Under the pieces are notes generated by a model, which saw only the letters and a program-made list of their open reading frames with translations, did not search any database and was not told where the DNA came from. Below, piece after piece: positions 39,161 through 49,982 of a stretch of 64,000 nt of DNA; position 1 is the first letter of the stretch, and every line of letters starts with the position of its first letter. Made by a program: the position numbers and the translations under genes. Origin of the DNA: an uncultured Verrucomicrobiae bacterium (lineage in GTDB: Bacteria; Verrucomicrobiota; Verrucomicrobiia; Chthoniobacterales; UBA10450); NCBI GenBank assembly GCA_963756875.1, contig CAVWPA010000003.1, forward strand, positions 384,001-448,000, in the 5' to 3' direction.

Positions 39161-40285
39161 CTACCTTCTGCCGTGAGGATGCGACTCGCGAAATTTGTTG
39201 GTCTTTCGCCGCTCCGGCGAGGCATGTGCGGAGAGCTTTCGAACCTTGCGCGTCAATATCATTGGTCCGAATGATTTTTCTTTGCCTGCTCCATTGCCTC
39301 CGATTCGGCGTTTTATTGTGCGCCCGCCGGCACGGCGCGCGAGGCTCGATGCTCTTATTTTTGGATGCGATGGCGCAACCAGCACTGAGCAAGGCGCATG
39401 TCGCACCACCTGTTCGGCAGTGCTGCCAATCAGGACATGTTTGAATCCGGTCCGCCCATGCGTCGATGTAATGACGAGGTCGACATGATGACCGCGAGCA
39501 AACGCGCAGATCAGGAATGCCGGCTGTCCCCCGACAATCGCGGTTTCGAATTTTACACGGCCGAACTTTGCCAGACGAACAAAATCGCGCATTTGCCGTT
39601 CGGCGTCCTTTTGAAGTGCCTTTGTCACAACCGAGAGATCGTACAACGCGTAACCGTCGCTGGTATAAGGATAGCCGATCTGGATGACGTGTAACAGGAT
39701 CACCCTGGCCGCGAACTTTTCCGCAAACGAGATCGCATAACGGAGGCCTTGCAGCGAGCAAGCGGAAAAATCCACCGGCACAAGGATTGTGTTAATGGAG
39801 GAGGCCCGTCCGGTTTTCGACCGCCGTTTATCTTGCCGCGCGACAAAGACAGGACATGGCGAATGTTGCACGACCCGCTCGGCGGTGCTGCCGAAGAAGG
39901 CATACTTGAGACCGGTCCGTCCGTGTGTGGGCATGACGATGAGATCGGCGGGAAGTTTGTTGGCTAGCCTGCAAATTTCATCGAAGGCCGGCGCCCCACT
40001 CAAAAGATGGCAGTTCGCCTTGGACAAACCATGTTTATCGGCCAGCGCACGAAGTTCGCGGACTAGTCTCTTTTCCTCGTCTTCCTCATACGTAGCGAGT
40101 GAAAATGGCATCAGTGGCGGCATCGGCGCGGTGAAGCCGGCCGGATAATCGAGCTGGTGAACGTGCGCCAGATGAATGGTGGCATCGTAACGCTGGGCCA
40201 GGCGTTTCGCGGTCTCGATGGCCTGGATCGACATCTTCGAGAAATCGATCGGCACGAGGATGTTCCGAATCGTCATTTTCTTCAT
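39161..40285 (-). CDS. Tandem-domain universal stress protein
   Basis: Two ILVP.DFS...DL.V..THGRTG....GSTAE.VV domains. Confidence 0.92.
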   Translation of the reverse strand: MKKMTIRNILVPIDFSKMSIQAIETAKRLAQRYDATIHLAHVHQLDYPAGFTAPMPPLMPFSLATYEEDEEKRLVRELRALADKHGLSKANCHLLSGAPAFDEICRLANKLPADLIVMPTHGRTGLKYAFFGSTAERVVQHSPCPVFVARQDKRRSKTGRASSINTILVPVDFSACSLQGLRYAISFAEKFAARVILLHVIQIGYPYTSDGYALYDLSVVTKALQKDAERQMRDFVRLAKFGRVKFETAIVGGQPAFLICAFARGHHVDLVITSTHGRTGFKHVLIGSTAEQVVRHAPCSVLVAPSHPKIRASSLARRAGGRTIKRRIGGNGAGKEKSFGPMILTRKVRKLSAHASPERRKTNKFRESHPHGRR

Positions 40286-40327
40286 GCTCCAACATGAATT
40301 AGCCACCGCGAAGAGGCTTGCCGTTGC

Positions 40328-40353
40328 TTGCCAAAAGCGAACCGTTTCTTGCG
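40328..40353 (-). promoter_or_regulatory. 26-bp motif upstream of USP
   Basis: CGCAAGAAACGGTTCGCTTTTGGCAA; CATGTT 32 nt downstream. Confidence 0.7.
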
Positions 40354-40514
40354 CGCCGCGACCGGTTCGGTCTGTTTCTCAAGCGTAGCGAACGCGGCGC
40401 CGACCAGATACCGTCCATCGGAGGAGCCTCCGGTGGTCTTTGATTACCGGGAACTTCGGCGACGCCGCGCCATCACAACTGCCGTCGCCCCGAGTTAACG
40501 AAGGCGGTTTATTC

Positions 40515-41531
40515 CTATCTCCGGCTGAGCTCTTCCAGTCTCGCGGGGAGGCGCGAACCTTTTATCCCGACGCTCCGTTTGGAGCGTTTGCCCAGATTTG
40601 CCATTCTCGTCTCACGATGCGATGGCGCGACCAGAACGGAACAGGGCGCGTGTCGGACGATCTGTTCCGCGGTGCTGCCCATCAGCACATGTTTGAGCCC
40701 GGTCCATCCATGCGTTGAGGTGACGATCAGATCGATCTTGTGTTCGTCGGCAAATGAGCAAATCTCCGGCACCGGCGCGCCGAGCACGATTTTCGTTTCA
40801 AATTTCACGGTGCCGAATTCCGCCGAGCGCACGAACTCTTGCATTTGCCGCTCGGCATTTTTGCGCGCAGCCTTCTCCAAACCGGAAAGATCATACAAAG
40901 CGAGTCCATCGCTCGTATAAATGTAGCCGGGATAGACAGCGTGAAATACGATCACCTTCGCCCCCACGCGATCGGCAAACGAGACGGCGTAGCTCAGGCC
41001 TTCCTGCGAGCAAGCGGAAAAATCCACCGGCACAACGATCGTGTTGATGGGTGATGCGAACCGGCCTTTCAGGGCGTCCGTATTCTCCCGCGAAACAAAG
41101 ACCGGACAGGGCGAATGCTGCACGACCCGCTCGGCCGTGCCGCCGAGAAAAACGTGTTTGAGCCCGGTGTGACCATGCGTGGGCATGACAATGAGGTCGG
41201 CCGGAAGTTCCTTCGCAAGCTTGCAGATTTCATGAAACGCCGAGGGCCCCTCGATCAAGTGCGTTGCCTCCGTGGGCGACAGGCCGGATTTGCGCGCCAG
41301 CGTTTTCAATTCTTCAGCGAGCGTCTCCCGTCTGTGCTCCTCGAACGACACCGGCCGGTTCCCCGCCGATAACACCGGCCCCATAAAATCGGTTGGATAT
41401 TGCCAGTGATGAACGTGCGCCAGATGAACGCTTGCGCCGAACCGATGGGCCAGCCGCTTCGCAGTGTCGATAGCCTGGATCGACAGCTCGGAAAAATCGA
41501 TTGGCACCAGAATAATGCCTTCTGTTTTCAT
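40515..41531 (-). CDS. Tandem-domain universal stress protein (paralog)
   Basis: Two USP domains; close similarity to 39161..40285. Confidence 0.92.
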   Translation of the reverse strand: MKTEGIILVPIDFSELSIQAIDTAKRLAHRFGASVHLAHVHHWQYPTDFMGPVLSAGNRPVSFEEHRRETLAEELKTLARKSGLSPTEATHLIEGPSAFHEICKLAKELPADLIVMPTHGHTGLKHVFLGGTAERVVQHSPCPVFVSRENTDALKGRFASPINTIVVPVDFSACSQEGLSYAVSFADRVGAKVIVFHAVYPGYIYTSDGLALYDLSGLEKAARKNAERQMQEFVRSAEFGTVKFETKIVLGAPVPEICSFADEHKIDLIVTSTHGWTGLKHVLMGSTAEQIVRHAPCSVLVAPSHRETRMANLGKRSKRSVGIKGSRLPARLEELSRR

Positions 41532-41574
41532 GTTGAAAATATGAGTGCACCCGCCGGCAGAGGCTCGGCGTCGC

Positions 41575-41600
41575 TTGCGAAAACCGAAGCGTTTTTTGCG
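41575..41600 (-). promoter_or_regulatory. 26-bp motif upstream of USP
   Basis: CGCAAAAAACGCTTCGGTTTTCGCAA; CATATT 32 nt downstream. Confidence 0.7.
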
Positions 41601-41639
41601 CGCTTTAGCCGGCCCGCTCAGCCGGATGCCGTAGCTTCT

Positions 41640-41777
41640 GGGGAGCACAGGCTGCCAGCCTGTTGATCTCGGCAGCTTGCCGAGACGGGCAATGGGCCAA
41701 CTGTCCCGGAAATCCTGGCGTGCAAAGGTGTTGCCGCCAGGCTGCCGGCAACTACAGGCTGGCAGCCTGTGCTCCCC
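41640..41777. repeat. REPIN-like element with perfect 24-bp terminal inverted repeats
   Basis: GGGGAGCACAGGCTGCCAGCCTGT (41640-41663) / ACAGGCTGGCAGCCTGTGCTCCCC (41754-41777), with internal hairpins. Confidence 0.75.
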
Positions 41778-41847
41778 GAAAAGAGCTTATGCGCGGCAGT
41801 GATGGGCGTAGCGTGTAAGTTCGCCTGCTAAAATCTTTCGCAATGCA

Positions 41848-42774
41848 CTACGCCGTTTTGGACGGGTGTTTTCCGTTTAGCCGTTCGCGAAATTCGGTGG
41901 GCGATTGGCCGAAGACGCGTTTGAACATGCGATTAAACTGCGTGAGCGATTGGAATCCGACGTCATAAGCCACCTCGCTGATCCGCCGGTTCGGGTTCAG
42001 GAGTTGCGTCCTGGCGTCTTCCAGCCGGACCCGCGCGACATAGTCGGTGAATTTCAAGCCGGTTGATTTTCGGAAGACCTTGCAGAAATGGAAAACGCTG
42101 GCTCCTGCCGCCTTGGCCACAGCCGCCAGCGAGAGCGGCTCCATTTTGTGCTGATCGATGTACTCGCGCGCCTTGTGTACGAGGAGCGGTTCGGCGTTTT
42201 GTTCTTCCAACACAATCTGGTTGGTTAAGCCGGAAAGCTGGTCGGCGAAAAAGCTGAGCAGCCGCACGATGGCGTTGTAGCGGTCCGGCGGAATGAGCGG
42301 ATTTTTCTCCCACACTTTCTTGATTTCCCTGTTGAATTTGACTCCGTGCCGGGCCAGCTCGCGTGTGACCTTTACGGTATCCGACTTGGCCGGCGTATGA
42401 CGCAGCACCTGCCCGATTCTCAGATATCCGATGACCTCGTGTCCAAGTTTTACCGGGATCGCAGTTTCGGTCAGGCCAAAAGGGCAGGTCACCGTATGCG
42501 GAAGCACGCCGGTGTGGTCGATCATGTCCTGGTGTGCCTGCAAACAAACCGCCAATGTGGCGGGCCGCTCGGCGAGCAAAGCGCAGAACGCGTTCTCGTG
42601 CTTTTTCCCGTGATGTGCAAGCTGCCAGAACTCCAGGGGTTGCAGGGCCAGCGGGAGACCGGTTGCCCTGGTAAAGACAGTCTCGTAGTCACGGAACAGC
42701 CGCGACCTCCGCAGCATGTCGATCAACTGCCGATTTCGATTGCTCTTTAATTCTAAGGAGGGGCTTTGGGGCAT
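41848..42774 (-). CDS. AraC-family regulator with PocR-like sensor domain
   Basis: F..ATGLP, FC.LL, C, CPFGL.E.AIPV, IGQV PocR pattern plus C-terminal AraC HTH. Confidence 0.88.
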   Translation of the reverse strand: MPQSPSLELKSNRNRQLIDMLRRSRLFRDYETVFTRATGLPLALQPLEFWQLAHHGKKHENAFCALLAERPATLAVCLQAHQDMIDHTGVLPHTVTCPFGLTETAIPVKLGHEVIGYLRIGQVLRHTPAKSDTVKVTRELARHGVKFNREIKKVWEKNPLIPPDRYNAIVRLLSFFADQLSGLTNQIVLEEQNAEPLLVHKAREYIDQHKMEPLSLAAVAKAAGASVFHFCKVFRKSTGLKFTDYVARVRLEDARTQLLNPNRRISEVAYDVGFQSLTQFNRMFKRVFGQSPTEFRERLNGKHPSKTA

Positions 42775-42862
42775 TGCGGCTAGGATGCATAATTTCGGCT
42801 ATTGTGAATTAGCCGTCAACGCGCAACACGACCCCTGTTCTGCGAGGTCAGGATACCTGGTG

Positions 42863-43471
42863 TCAATGTCGCTTTAGCGGGGATGCAAATGGATGGTCTT
42901 TCCATTTGCCGTAGCCGTCCGCTGAATCGAGTTCCTGGTCCATGAACGGCGATTCCAGGACGACCGGCGGGAGCGGCGCGCCGTGCGCGTAAACGGAGAG
43001 CATTTTTTTCCGCGCAGCTTGTAATCGCTTCATCATTACCGGGGTGATCCGTTTGAACAATTCGTAGCCTAACGAATGATCTTTTTCGCAGTATTCACGC
43101 AAAATTGTGCCGTAAAAGAAGATGGCCGAAGTCGGTTCCGCGGCGCGGGCGGTGAAATGCCAGACGTAAGGAGGGAACATCCACGACCAGCCGAGCAAAT
43201 CTCCCGAGCCGATGGTTTCCACGACTACGGGATCGCCAAAGCCTTCGCCTGATTCCAGGATCACGCTGCCGTTTTCGATCAGGTAGAACCGGTTTGCCAG
43301 CTCGCCTTCGCGCAAAATGGTTTGCCCCGTTTTGAAATGGACGGGAATTGCGCAATCGGTAAGGAGCGCGAGATGCGGGCGACTCATTCCAGCCAGGAAA
43401 GGATGGAGCGCCACGCGGGTCGCCATCGATTCGGTTTGTGTTTCGGTTCGTGTTGCGATTTGGGTTTTCAT
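42863..43471 (-). CDS. Stand-alone cyclic-nucleotide-binding (Crp-like) domain protein
   Basis: ILREGE.A..FYLI..G.V, GDLLGWSW, FTARA; no evident HTH. Confidence 0.8.
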   Translation of the reverse strand: MKTQIATRTETQTESMATRVALHPFLAGMSRPHLALLTDCAIPVHFKTGQTILREGELANRFYLIENGSVILESGEGFGDPVVVETIGSGDLLGWSWMFPPYVWHFTARAAEPTSAIFFYGTILREYCEKDHSLGYELFKRITPVMMKRLQAARKKMLSVYAHGAPLPPVVLESPFMDQELDSADGYGKWKDHPFASPLKRH

Positions 43472-43669
43472 CAGCCTTTCCTCTCTTTTTGATCTAACGA
43501 TCCGCCAATCACGAGGGCCTCCCGCTCGTTGTAATCGAATGCAAAAGTGCGCGGCCTGGGTGGCACGATTCTCTTCCCCGTTAATCTGGTGACACCGACG
43601 ATTTCAACGCGGCCTTTGTCGTGTCCGTCCCTCTTTCTTCGGTGAAGCGCGCAGGAGAGCCTTTTCATC

Positions 43670-44203
43670 TCACAGGAAGTCGTGCTCCTTTTCGCGCACC
43701 ACCAATACCGGGCAGGGGGCTGCGCGAGCGACGCGTTCCGCCGTGCTGCCGATCGCGAAATACTTCCAGCCCGTGTAACCGTGCGTCGCGATCACGATCA
43801 GATCGACGTCCAAATCTTTAGCCGCCTCGACGATTTCGTGCGTCGCAACTCCGGCGCGCACCATCGATTTTGCATCGGACACGCCAGCCGCTTCAGCCTC
43901 ATCGACCAGCTCGTGCAGGCCCGTCTCCGCATCCACGAATTCCTTTTCGACGATTGCGGCAGGCGCGGGCGGCAGCCCCGCCAGCGTCAACGAAGCTGGC
44001 GGTTCGACCACGTGCAGCAGAGTGATTTTGGACCCCAATCCCTTGGCGAATCGAAGCGCGTAGCAGAAGGATTTCCTCGATGCCGGCGAAAAGTCGGTTG
44101 GCACCAATATCTTCGTAATGGTGATTGGCCGCTGCCCATTGGCTCCTTCGACGACGGACGTCGGTGCTTTGGCCCGCTTGCTGGCAACGCTCTGTGCTTT
44201 CAT
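43670..44203 (-). CDS. Single-domain universal stress protein
   Basis: ILVPTDFS, DLIVIATHG.TG, GSTAERV.R.APCPVLVV. Confidence 0.92.
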   Translation of the reverse strand: MKAQSVASKRAKAPTSVVEGANGQRPITITKILVPTDFSPASRKSFCYALRFAKGLGSKITLLHVVEPPASLTLAGLPPAPAAIVEKEFVDAETGLHELVDEAEAAGVSDAKSMVRAGVATHEIVEAAKDLDVDLIVIATHGYTGWKYFAIGSTAERVARAAPCPVLVVREKEHDFL

Positions 44204-44247
44204 GGGACGAATCCTCGCCCCTTGCGTGGATGTCCGCTCCGCGGTAG

Positions 44248-44273
44248 TTGGCAAATTCTGTGCGTTTCTTGCG
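44248..44273 (-). promoter_or_regulatory. 26-bp motif upstream of USP
   Basis: CGCAAGAAACGCACAGAATTTGCCAA. Confidence 0.7.
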
Positions 44274-44321
44274 CCACCAAAATGGAAGGAACACCGCGCC
44301 TGCGGCCGCCGATTCGGCCTG

Positions 44322-44347
44322 AGCAATTTCCGCTCAGCCAAAGCCAA
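44322..44347 (+). promoter_or_regulatory. 26-bp motif upstream of P-type ATPase
   Basis: AGCAATTTCCGCTCAGCCAAAGCCAA; -10-like TACATT at 44378. Confidence 0.65.
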
Positions 44348-44405
44348 ATCGTGGCGAGTCAATGTCCGCGGCCTCGGTACATTTTTACGGAACCATGATC
44401 TAAAA

Positions 44406-46610
44406 ATGAGTGCGACCGACGACATCGATTCGCGAGTGGCGCGGATTCTCGCGAGCGAATCGGACGTGAAGCAGATTCGCATCGACGTTCATGCCCGGCA
44501 GATCGACGTCGGATTTTACAACCCGCCGTCAAAGGAACTTCTGCAGCGGATTCAAGCGCACGCGCACCGGGAATTCGATGGTGAGTGGAAGATTTCCGTA
44601 AAGCCAAGTGAGCCTTCGCCGCTTTTTCATCGCCATCAGATTAACGACCACATCGCGGAATTTCATCGGGCGCATCCGGCCAACGAGCCGCGGTTGATTT
44701 GGAAACGCATTCCTCTGCCGCAATGGCGGAACCGTCCCGTCCCGCCCGCCACCATTCGCAATTACCGAATCATGCTTGCGTTGGTAGCCGCGTGCGGAAT
44801 CAGCGGGTTGACCGGTTTCGCGCTGCAGCGTGCTGCGTTTCCGGCGTGGTCGATCGCCGCGGCGTTTGCGGCCGCATACATCGCCGGAGGTTGGTTCGCG
44901 ACGCAGGACGTATGGATCGGACTCAAAAAACGAAAGATCGACGTCCAGTTTCTGATGATCTTTGTCGCGCTCGGCGCCGCGGCTGTCCGCGCCTGGACAG
45001 AAGGCGCGACGCTGCTGTTTCTGTTTTCGCTCAGCAACGCGCTCGAACAATTTGCCAATCATCGAACAAAGAAAACGATCGAATCATTGTTGAAGGCTGC
45101 TCCCAAACGGGCGCTCCGCCGGGACGGTCAAGCATGGGTCGAGGTTCCGGTCGAAACCATTCAGCCTGACGACGAGGTGCTGGTCAAAGCCGGGGAGCTT
45201 TTTCCCGTCGATGGCGTTGTCATTGAAGGCGCGACATCGGCCGATGAATCGGCGCTCACGGGTGAATCGCTGCCAGTTCCAAAGCGAATTGGCGATTCCG
45301 TCAGCAGCGGCACGCTCAATCTCGACGGCCAGGCCGTCATTCGCGTTTCCCGCGAAGTGCAGGAAAGCGCGCTGCAGCAGATTCTTTCCCTCATCGAAAC
45401 GGCGCAACAGCAGAAGGCGCCCGCCCAGCGATTCACAGATTCATTCAGCCGGTATTACACCTGGGTTGTGCTTATTCTTAGCGTATTGGTTTTTGCGATC
45501 CTGTTGTTGGCAATCCATAAGCCGGTCGCCGAGGCTTTCTATCGCACCATGACTTTGCTGGTGGTCGCGTCGCCTTGCGCGCTGGTCTTGTCGATCCCAT
45601 CCGCCATCCTGGTGGCAATCGCCGCCGGCGCGCGAAATGGCATCCTGTTCCGTGGCGGTGTCGCCATCGAAGATCTGGCCGGGGTGACCCAGTTCGCGTT
45701 CGACAAAACCGGCACGCTGACAAAAGGCGCCCTGGTCGTATCGAAGATCGAGCTCCTCAATGGATGCAGAGAAGATGACGCCCTCTCGATTGCAGCCGCG
45801 GTTGCGCGTTTCTCCACACACCCGCTCGCGCGCGCCATTGTGGAGGAAGCCGATGGGCGTCACTTGCCCGAGGTCCAGGCCGTCGAATTTCAAAACATTC
45901 CCGGTTTCGGAATGGAAGCGTTAGTCAACGGAGAACCGCTCCTGATCGGCAGCCGTACCCTTTTGAGAGATCGTGAGATCGCCGTGCCCAAAATGCCGGC
46001 GGTAAGCGATGCGGAAGTCTGGGTAGCATCGCGAATCCCGATCGCCGTGATCTATTTGCGCGATCAGGTCAGGCCTGAGGCCCGACATGTGATCGATTTT
46101 CTGAGGAGAAACGACATCGGCGTCGCTCTTCTAACCGGCGACCGCGCCGTCGCTGCGGATGCGGTGGCCGCGCAGGTGGGAATCAGGGAGGTTCACGCCG
46201 AGATTACCCCGGACGCGAAGCTGCAATGCGTGCATCGATGGCGGCAACAGGGAAAAAAAGTTGCCATGGTGGGCGACGGGATCAACGATGCGCCGAGCCT
46301 GACGGCGGCGGACGTCGCCATCGGAATGGGCGCGCGCGGATCTGACGCCGCGCTCGAACAGGCCGACGTGATTTTGATGCACGACAAAATAGAGAACGTC
46401 GAGCATGCCGTGGTCTTGAGTCGACGCGCACGTGCGATCATTCGTCAGAACATTGTGATTTCGTTAGGCGTTATTTTGGTGCTCGTGACTTCCGCCCTGG
46501 CTGAGAAAATAAACCTCACCGTGGGCGTGATCGGGCACGAGGGGAGCACAGTGGTGGTGGTGTTAAACGCGTTGCGGCTCCTGCGTTTCCGCGGGAACAA
46601 CGCAGCGTAG
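44406..46610 (+). CDS. Heavy-metal P1B-type ATPase (P1B-4 signature)
   Basis: TGES, SPC, DKTGTLT, HP, GDGINDAP, HEGST. Confidence 0.92.
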   Translation: MSATDDIDSRVARILASESDVKQIRIDVHARQIDVGFYNPPSKELLQRIQAHAHREFDGEWKISVKPSEPSPLFHRHQINDHIAEFHRAHPANEPRLIWKRIPLPQWRNRPVPPATIRNYRIMLALVAACGISGLTGFALQRAAFPAWSIAAAFAAAYIAGGWFATQDVWIGLKKRKIDVQFLMIFVALGAAAVRAWTEGATLLFLFSLSNALEQFANHRTKKTIESLLKAAPKRALRRDGQAWVEVPVETIQPDDEVLVKAGELFPVDGVVIEGATSADESALTGESLPVPKRIGDSVSSGTLNLDGQAVIRVSREVQESALQQILSLIETAQQQKAPAQRFTDSFSRYYTWVVLILSVLVFAILLLAIHKPVAEAFYRTMTLLVVASPCALVLSIPSAILVAIAAGARNGILFRGGVAIEDLAGVTQFAFDKTGTLTKGALVVSKIELLNGCREDDALSIAAAVARFSTHPLARAIVEEADGRHLPEVQAVEFQNIPGFGMEALVNGEPLLIGSRTLLRDREIAVPKMPAVSDAEVWVASRIPIAVIYLRDQVRPEARHVIDFLRRNDIGVALLTGDRAVAADAVAAQVGIREVHAEITPDAKLQCVHRWRQQGKKVAMVGDGINDAPSLTAADVAIGMGARGSDAALEQADVILMHDKIENVEHAVVLSRRARAIIRQNIVISLGVILVLVTSALAEKINLTVGVIGHEGSTVVVVLNALRLLRFRGNNAA

Positions 46611-46636
46611 ATCTCGTTTGCCTTATGGGACACGAA

Positions 46637-46690
46637 TGGTAGGGACGCCGCGCTGCGGCGTCCGGTCGGCGCAGCGCGCCGACCCTACCA
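46637..46690. repeat. GTAG-type REP doublet between convergent genes
   Basis: TGGTAGGGACGCCGCGCTGCGGCGTCC-GGTCGGCGCAGCGCGCCGACCCTACCA. Confidence 0.7.
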
Positions 46691-46703
46691 ACGGACCGAG
46701 AAA

Positions 46704-49700
46704 TCAGATGGCCGGTTCCGCCGCTTCAGGCGGCGCCGCCGGGCGTGCGCCGGAATGCCGCGATTGGTTCGACATGAAATAGAGCACTGGCACGGCCATG
46801 CGGCTGATGAGGAGCGATGCGATTTCGCCGGCCATTAAGGAGATGGCGAGTCCCTGAAAAATCGGATCGAACAGGATCACACTCGAACCGACCACCACAG
46901 CCATCGCGGTGAGCAGCATGGGACGAAAACGCACCGCGCCCGCATCCACGACCGCTTCGGCCAGCGGCATTCCTTCGCGCAACCGTCGCTCGATAAAATC
47001 GACAAGGATGATCGAGTTACGTACGACGATCCCCGCGCCGGCCATGAACCCGATCATCGAGGTAGCGGTAAAAAACGCGCCGAGCAATCCGTGCGCCGGC
47101 AGGATGCCGACGAGCGAAAACGGAATCGCCGCCATGACGATCAGTGGTGTGAGAAACGAACGAAACCAGCCGACCATCAGGGCGTAGATGAGGATCAGCA
47201 CCGCACCAAACGCGAGGCCGAGGTCGCGGAACACTTCGATGGTGATCTGCCATTCGCCATCCCATTTCAACGCAGGGCGCAGATCGGTGAATGGAAGATG
47301 TGCGTTGTAAATTTCGAGTTTTGACCCCGTGCCGCCGAACTCACGCGTGTCGAGCGCGCGCAGTTTCTTGTTCATTTTTAAAATGGCGTAAACCGGGCTC
47401 TCAATCGGACCGGCGACGTCCCCGATGACATAAGTCACCGGCATCAGATTTTTGTGGTAGATACTTTTGTCGGTGATGGTGTGCTCGACGCTCACCAGTT
47501 CGCGCAATGGCACCAGCGGCGCGGGAGTCGCCGCGCCGGGTTCGGGAAGCGCATTGGCGTCTCCGGAACGGACACGCAGCGCGAGCAATTCTTCCGGCGT
47601 GACGCGCGCGGAACGGGGAAGTTCGAGCAGAATGTTGACGTCCTCCCTCTCGCGCGGCTGATGGAGGAGATCGATGGAGCGACCGCCGACGGCGATTTGC
47701 AGCGTCTCCGAAATCGTTTCGGCGCTGATGCCATGCAGCGCTGCTTTTTCCTTGTCGATCACGAACCGGTCCTTCGGCTGGTCGGCTTCGATGTACCAGT
47801 CGACGTCCACCACGCCCGGCGTACTTTTGAAAATGTCGCGCACGCGTCTCGCCATCTTGAGCCGCCCCTGCTCGGTGGGGCCATAGATTTCGGCGACGAG
47901 TGTTTGTAAAACCGGCGGTCCCGGGGGCACTTCGGCTACGGCCACGCGCGCGTTAAATTTTGCCGCGATGGCCGCAACGCGCGGGCGCACGCGTTTGGCG
48001 ATGTCGTGGCTTTTGGCTTTGCGCCTGTTCTTGGACACGAGGTTGACCTGAATATCGGCGACGTTCGCGCCGTGCCGCATGAAGTAATGGCGGACGAGAC
48101 CATTGAAATTGAACGGCGCGGCGACGCCGGTGTAGATCTGGTAGTTCGTAACTTCCGGCTCGCCGCGGACCGCGGCGGCGATCTCGCGTGCGGCGTGCGC
48201 GGTGCGTTCCAGCGAGCTTCCTTCGGGCATGTTCAAGATGATCTGGAACTCGCTCTTGTTATCGAAAGGGAGCATTTTCACCTTCACCCAGCCGATGGCC
48301 ACCAGTCCCATCGCGCCGAGCAACAGCGCGACGATCGCTCCAAGAAAAATCCAACGTCGCGAACGACGATCGATGAGCGGCCCCATTAATCGCCGGTAGA
48401 TCCGCGTGAAAAAATCTTCGCTGCGTTGAAGATGTTTCGCCGAACTCCCGAGCCGCAACATACGAATGGCGGCCCACGGAGTGACGATGAACGCGATCGC
48501 GAGCGAAAAAGCCATTGCCGCGCTGGAGCCGATCGGAATCGGCCGCATGTAAGGTCCCATCAGCCCGCCCACGAATGCCATCGGCAGCACCGCTGCGATC
48601 ACAGCAAACGTCGCGAGGATCGTCGGGTTGCCGACTTCGTTCACGGCCTCGATTGCGATTTGCGCCCAATCGCGTTCGCGGTTTTGCGGCAGATGAAAAT
48701 GACGTACGATGTTTTCGATTACGACAATCGCGTCATCGACGAGGATGCCGATCGAAAAGATCAGCGCGAAAAGCGTGATGCGATTCAGCGTGTAACCGTA
48801 GAGCAGGAAAACGAGCAGCGTCAGCGCGAGTGTGGATGGAATTGCGAGCGCAACGATGACCGATTCGCGCCAGCCGAGCGTAAGCAGAATGAGCAGCGAC
48901 ACGCCAAGCACGGCCAGTAACATGTGGAACAACAGCTCGTTTGACTTTTCCAAAGCCGTAGCCCCGTAATTGCGCGTGATGGAGACGTGCACATCGGATG
49001 GGATGAGCACGCCGCGTAGCGTGTCGATTTTTTTGAGAACCTGATTTGCAACGGCGATGGCGTTTGCGCCCGGCCGCTTGGCGATGCTTAGCGTGACGGC
49101 GGGCTCTTCGTTGGCAGTCGGAGAGGCGGCGGCGCCAGACCCGAAGAAGACATAGTTCGACGGCTCCTCCGCGCCGTCCACGATGTCGGCGACCTGGCGC
49201 AGATAAACCGGCCGATCGCCGAATACTCCGACGATAACATTGCCGACGTCCTGAGCGTTTTTCAAAAATGCACCGGTCTCAATGACCACCTCGTGATTTT
49301 CGCTGGTGAGTCCGCCTGAGGTGAACTGCCGGTTCGCCTGTTGAAGCATCGGCACGATACCGGCCACACTGAGGTTGCGCGAAGCGAGCCGCGCCGGGTC
49401 GAGAAGTACGCGAATTTGCCGCACCGCGCCGCCGATGATGTTTGTCTCAGCAACGAGCGGCACTTGTTTCACCGCGTCGTCCACCTGGGCGACGAGCCGC
49501 CGCAACGTGAGATGGTCGTATCGGCTGCTGTGAAACGTGAGCGCCAGGATCGGGACGTCGTCAATCGAGCGCTGTTTGATGAGCGGGAACGAGACGCCGT
49601 GCGGGATGCGATCGAAGTTCGACTGAAGTTTTTGGTCTAGCTTAACCAGGCTGCGCTCGACATCTTCGCCGACGCGAAATCGCACGATCACGAGGCTCTG

Positions 49701-49982
49701 GCCCGTGCTCGAAGTCGAATAGATGTATTCGACTCCCGGGATCTCCCATAGCAGCTTTTCCATCGGCCGCGTGGCGCGTTCTTCGATTTCCTTTGCACTT
49801 GCGCCGGGCATCGAAACCATTACGTCGATCATCGGCACTTTGATTTGCGGTTCCTCCTCGCGCGGCAGCAACCAGACCGCGGCAATACCGAGCAGCACCG
49901 ATGTGATAATGATTAGCGGCGTGAGCTTCGAATCGATAAACGCGCGCGCGATTTTGCCCGCGACGCCCAGATTCGCATTCAT
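46704..49982 (-). CDS. RND efflux permease (AcrB/CusA family)
   Basis: 1092 aa; [35 protein letters not shown]. Confidence 0.93.
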   Translation of the reverse strand: MNANLGVAGKIARAFIDSKLTPLIIITSVLLGIAAVWLLPREEEPQIKVPMIDVMVSMPGASAKEIEERATRPMEKLLWEIPGVEYIYSTSSTGQSLVIVRFRVGEDVERSLVKLDQKLQSNFDRIPHGVSFPLIKQRSIDDVPILALTFHSSRYDHLTLRRLVAQVDDAVKQVPLVAETNIIGGAVRQIRVLLDPARLASRNLSVAGIVPMLQQANRQFTSGGLTSENHEVVIETGAFLKNAQDVGNVIVGVFGDRPVYLRQVADIVDGAEEPSNYVFFGSGAAASPTANEEPAVTLSIAKRPGANAIAVANQVLKKIDTLRGVLIPSDVHVSITRNYGATALEKSNELLFHMLLAVLGVSLLILLTLGWRESVIVALAIPSTLALTLLVFLLYGYTLNRITLFALIFSIGILVDDAIVVIENIVRHFHLPQNRERDWAQIAIEAVNEVGNPTILATFAVIAAVLPMAFVGGLMGPYMRPIPIGSSAAMAFSLAIAFIVTPWAAIRMLRLGSSAKHLQRSEDFFTRIYRRLMGPLIDRRSRRWIFLGAIVALLLGAMGLVAIGWVKVKMLPFDNKSEFQIILNMPEGSSLERTAHAAREIAAAVRGEPEVTNYQIYTGVAAPFNFNGLVRHYFMRHGANVADIQVNLVSKNRRKAKSHDIAKRVRPRVAAIAAKFNARVAVAEVPPGPPVLQTLVAEIYGPTEQGRLKMARRVRDIFKSTPGVVDVDWYIEADQPKDRFVIDKEKAALHGISAETISETLQIAVGGRSIDLLHQPREREDVNILLELPRSARVTPEELLALRVRSGDANALPEPGAATPAPLVPLRELVSVEHTITDKSIYHKNLMPVTYVIGDVAGPIESPVYAILKMNKKLRALDTREFGGTGSKLEIYNAHLPFTDLRPALKWDGEWQITIEVFRDLGLAFGAVLILIYALMVGWFRSFLTPLIVMAAIPFSLVGILPAHGLLGAFFTATSMIGFMAGAGIVVRNSIILVDFIERRLREGMPLAEAVVDAGAVRFRPMLLTAMAVVVGSSVILFDPIFQGLAISLMAGEIASLLISRMAVPVLYFMSNQSRHSGARPAAPPEAAEPAI

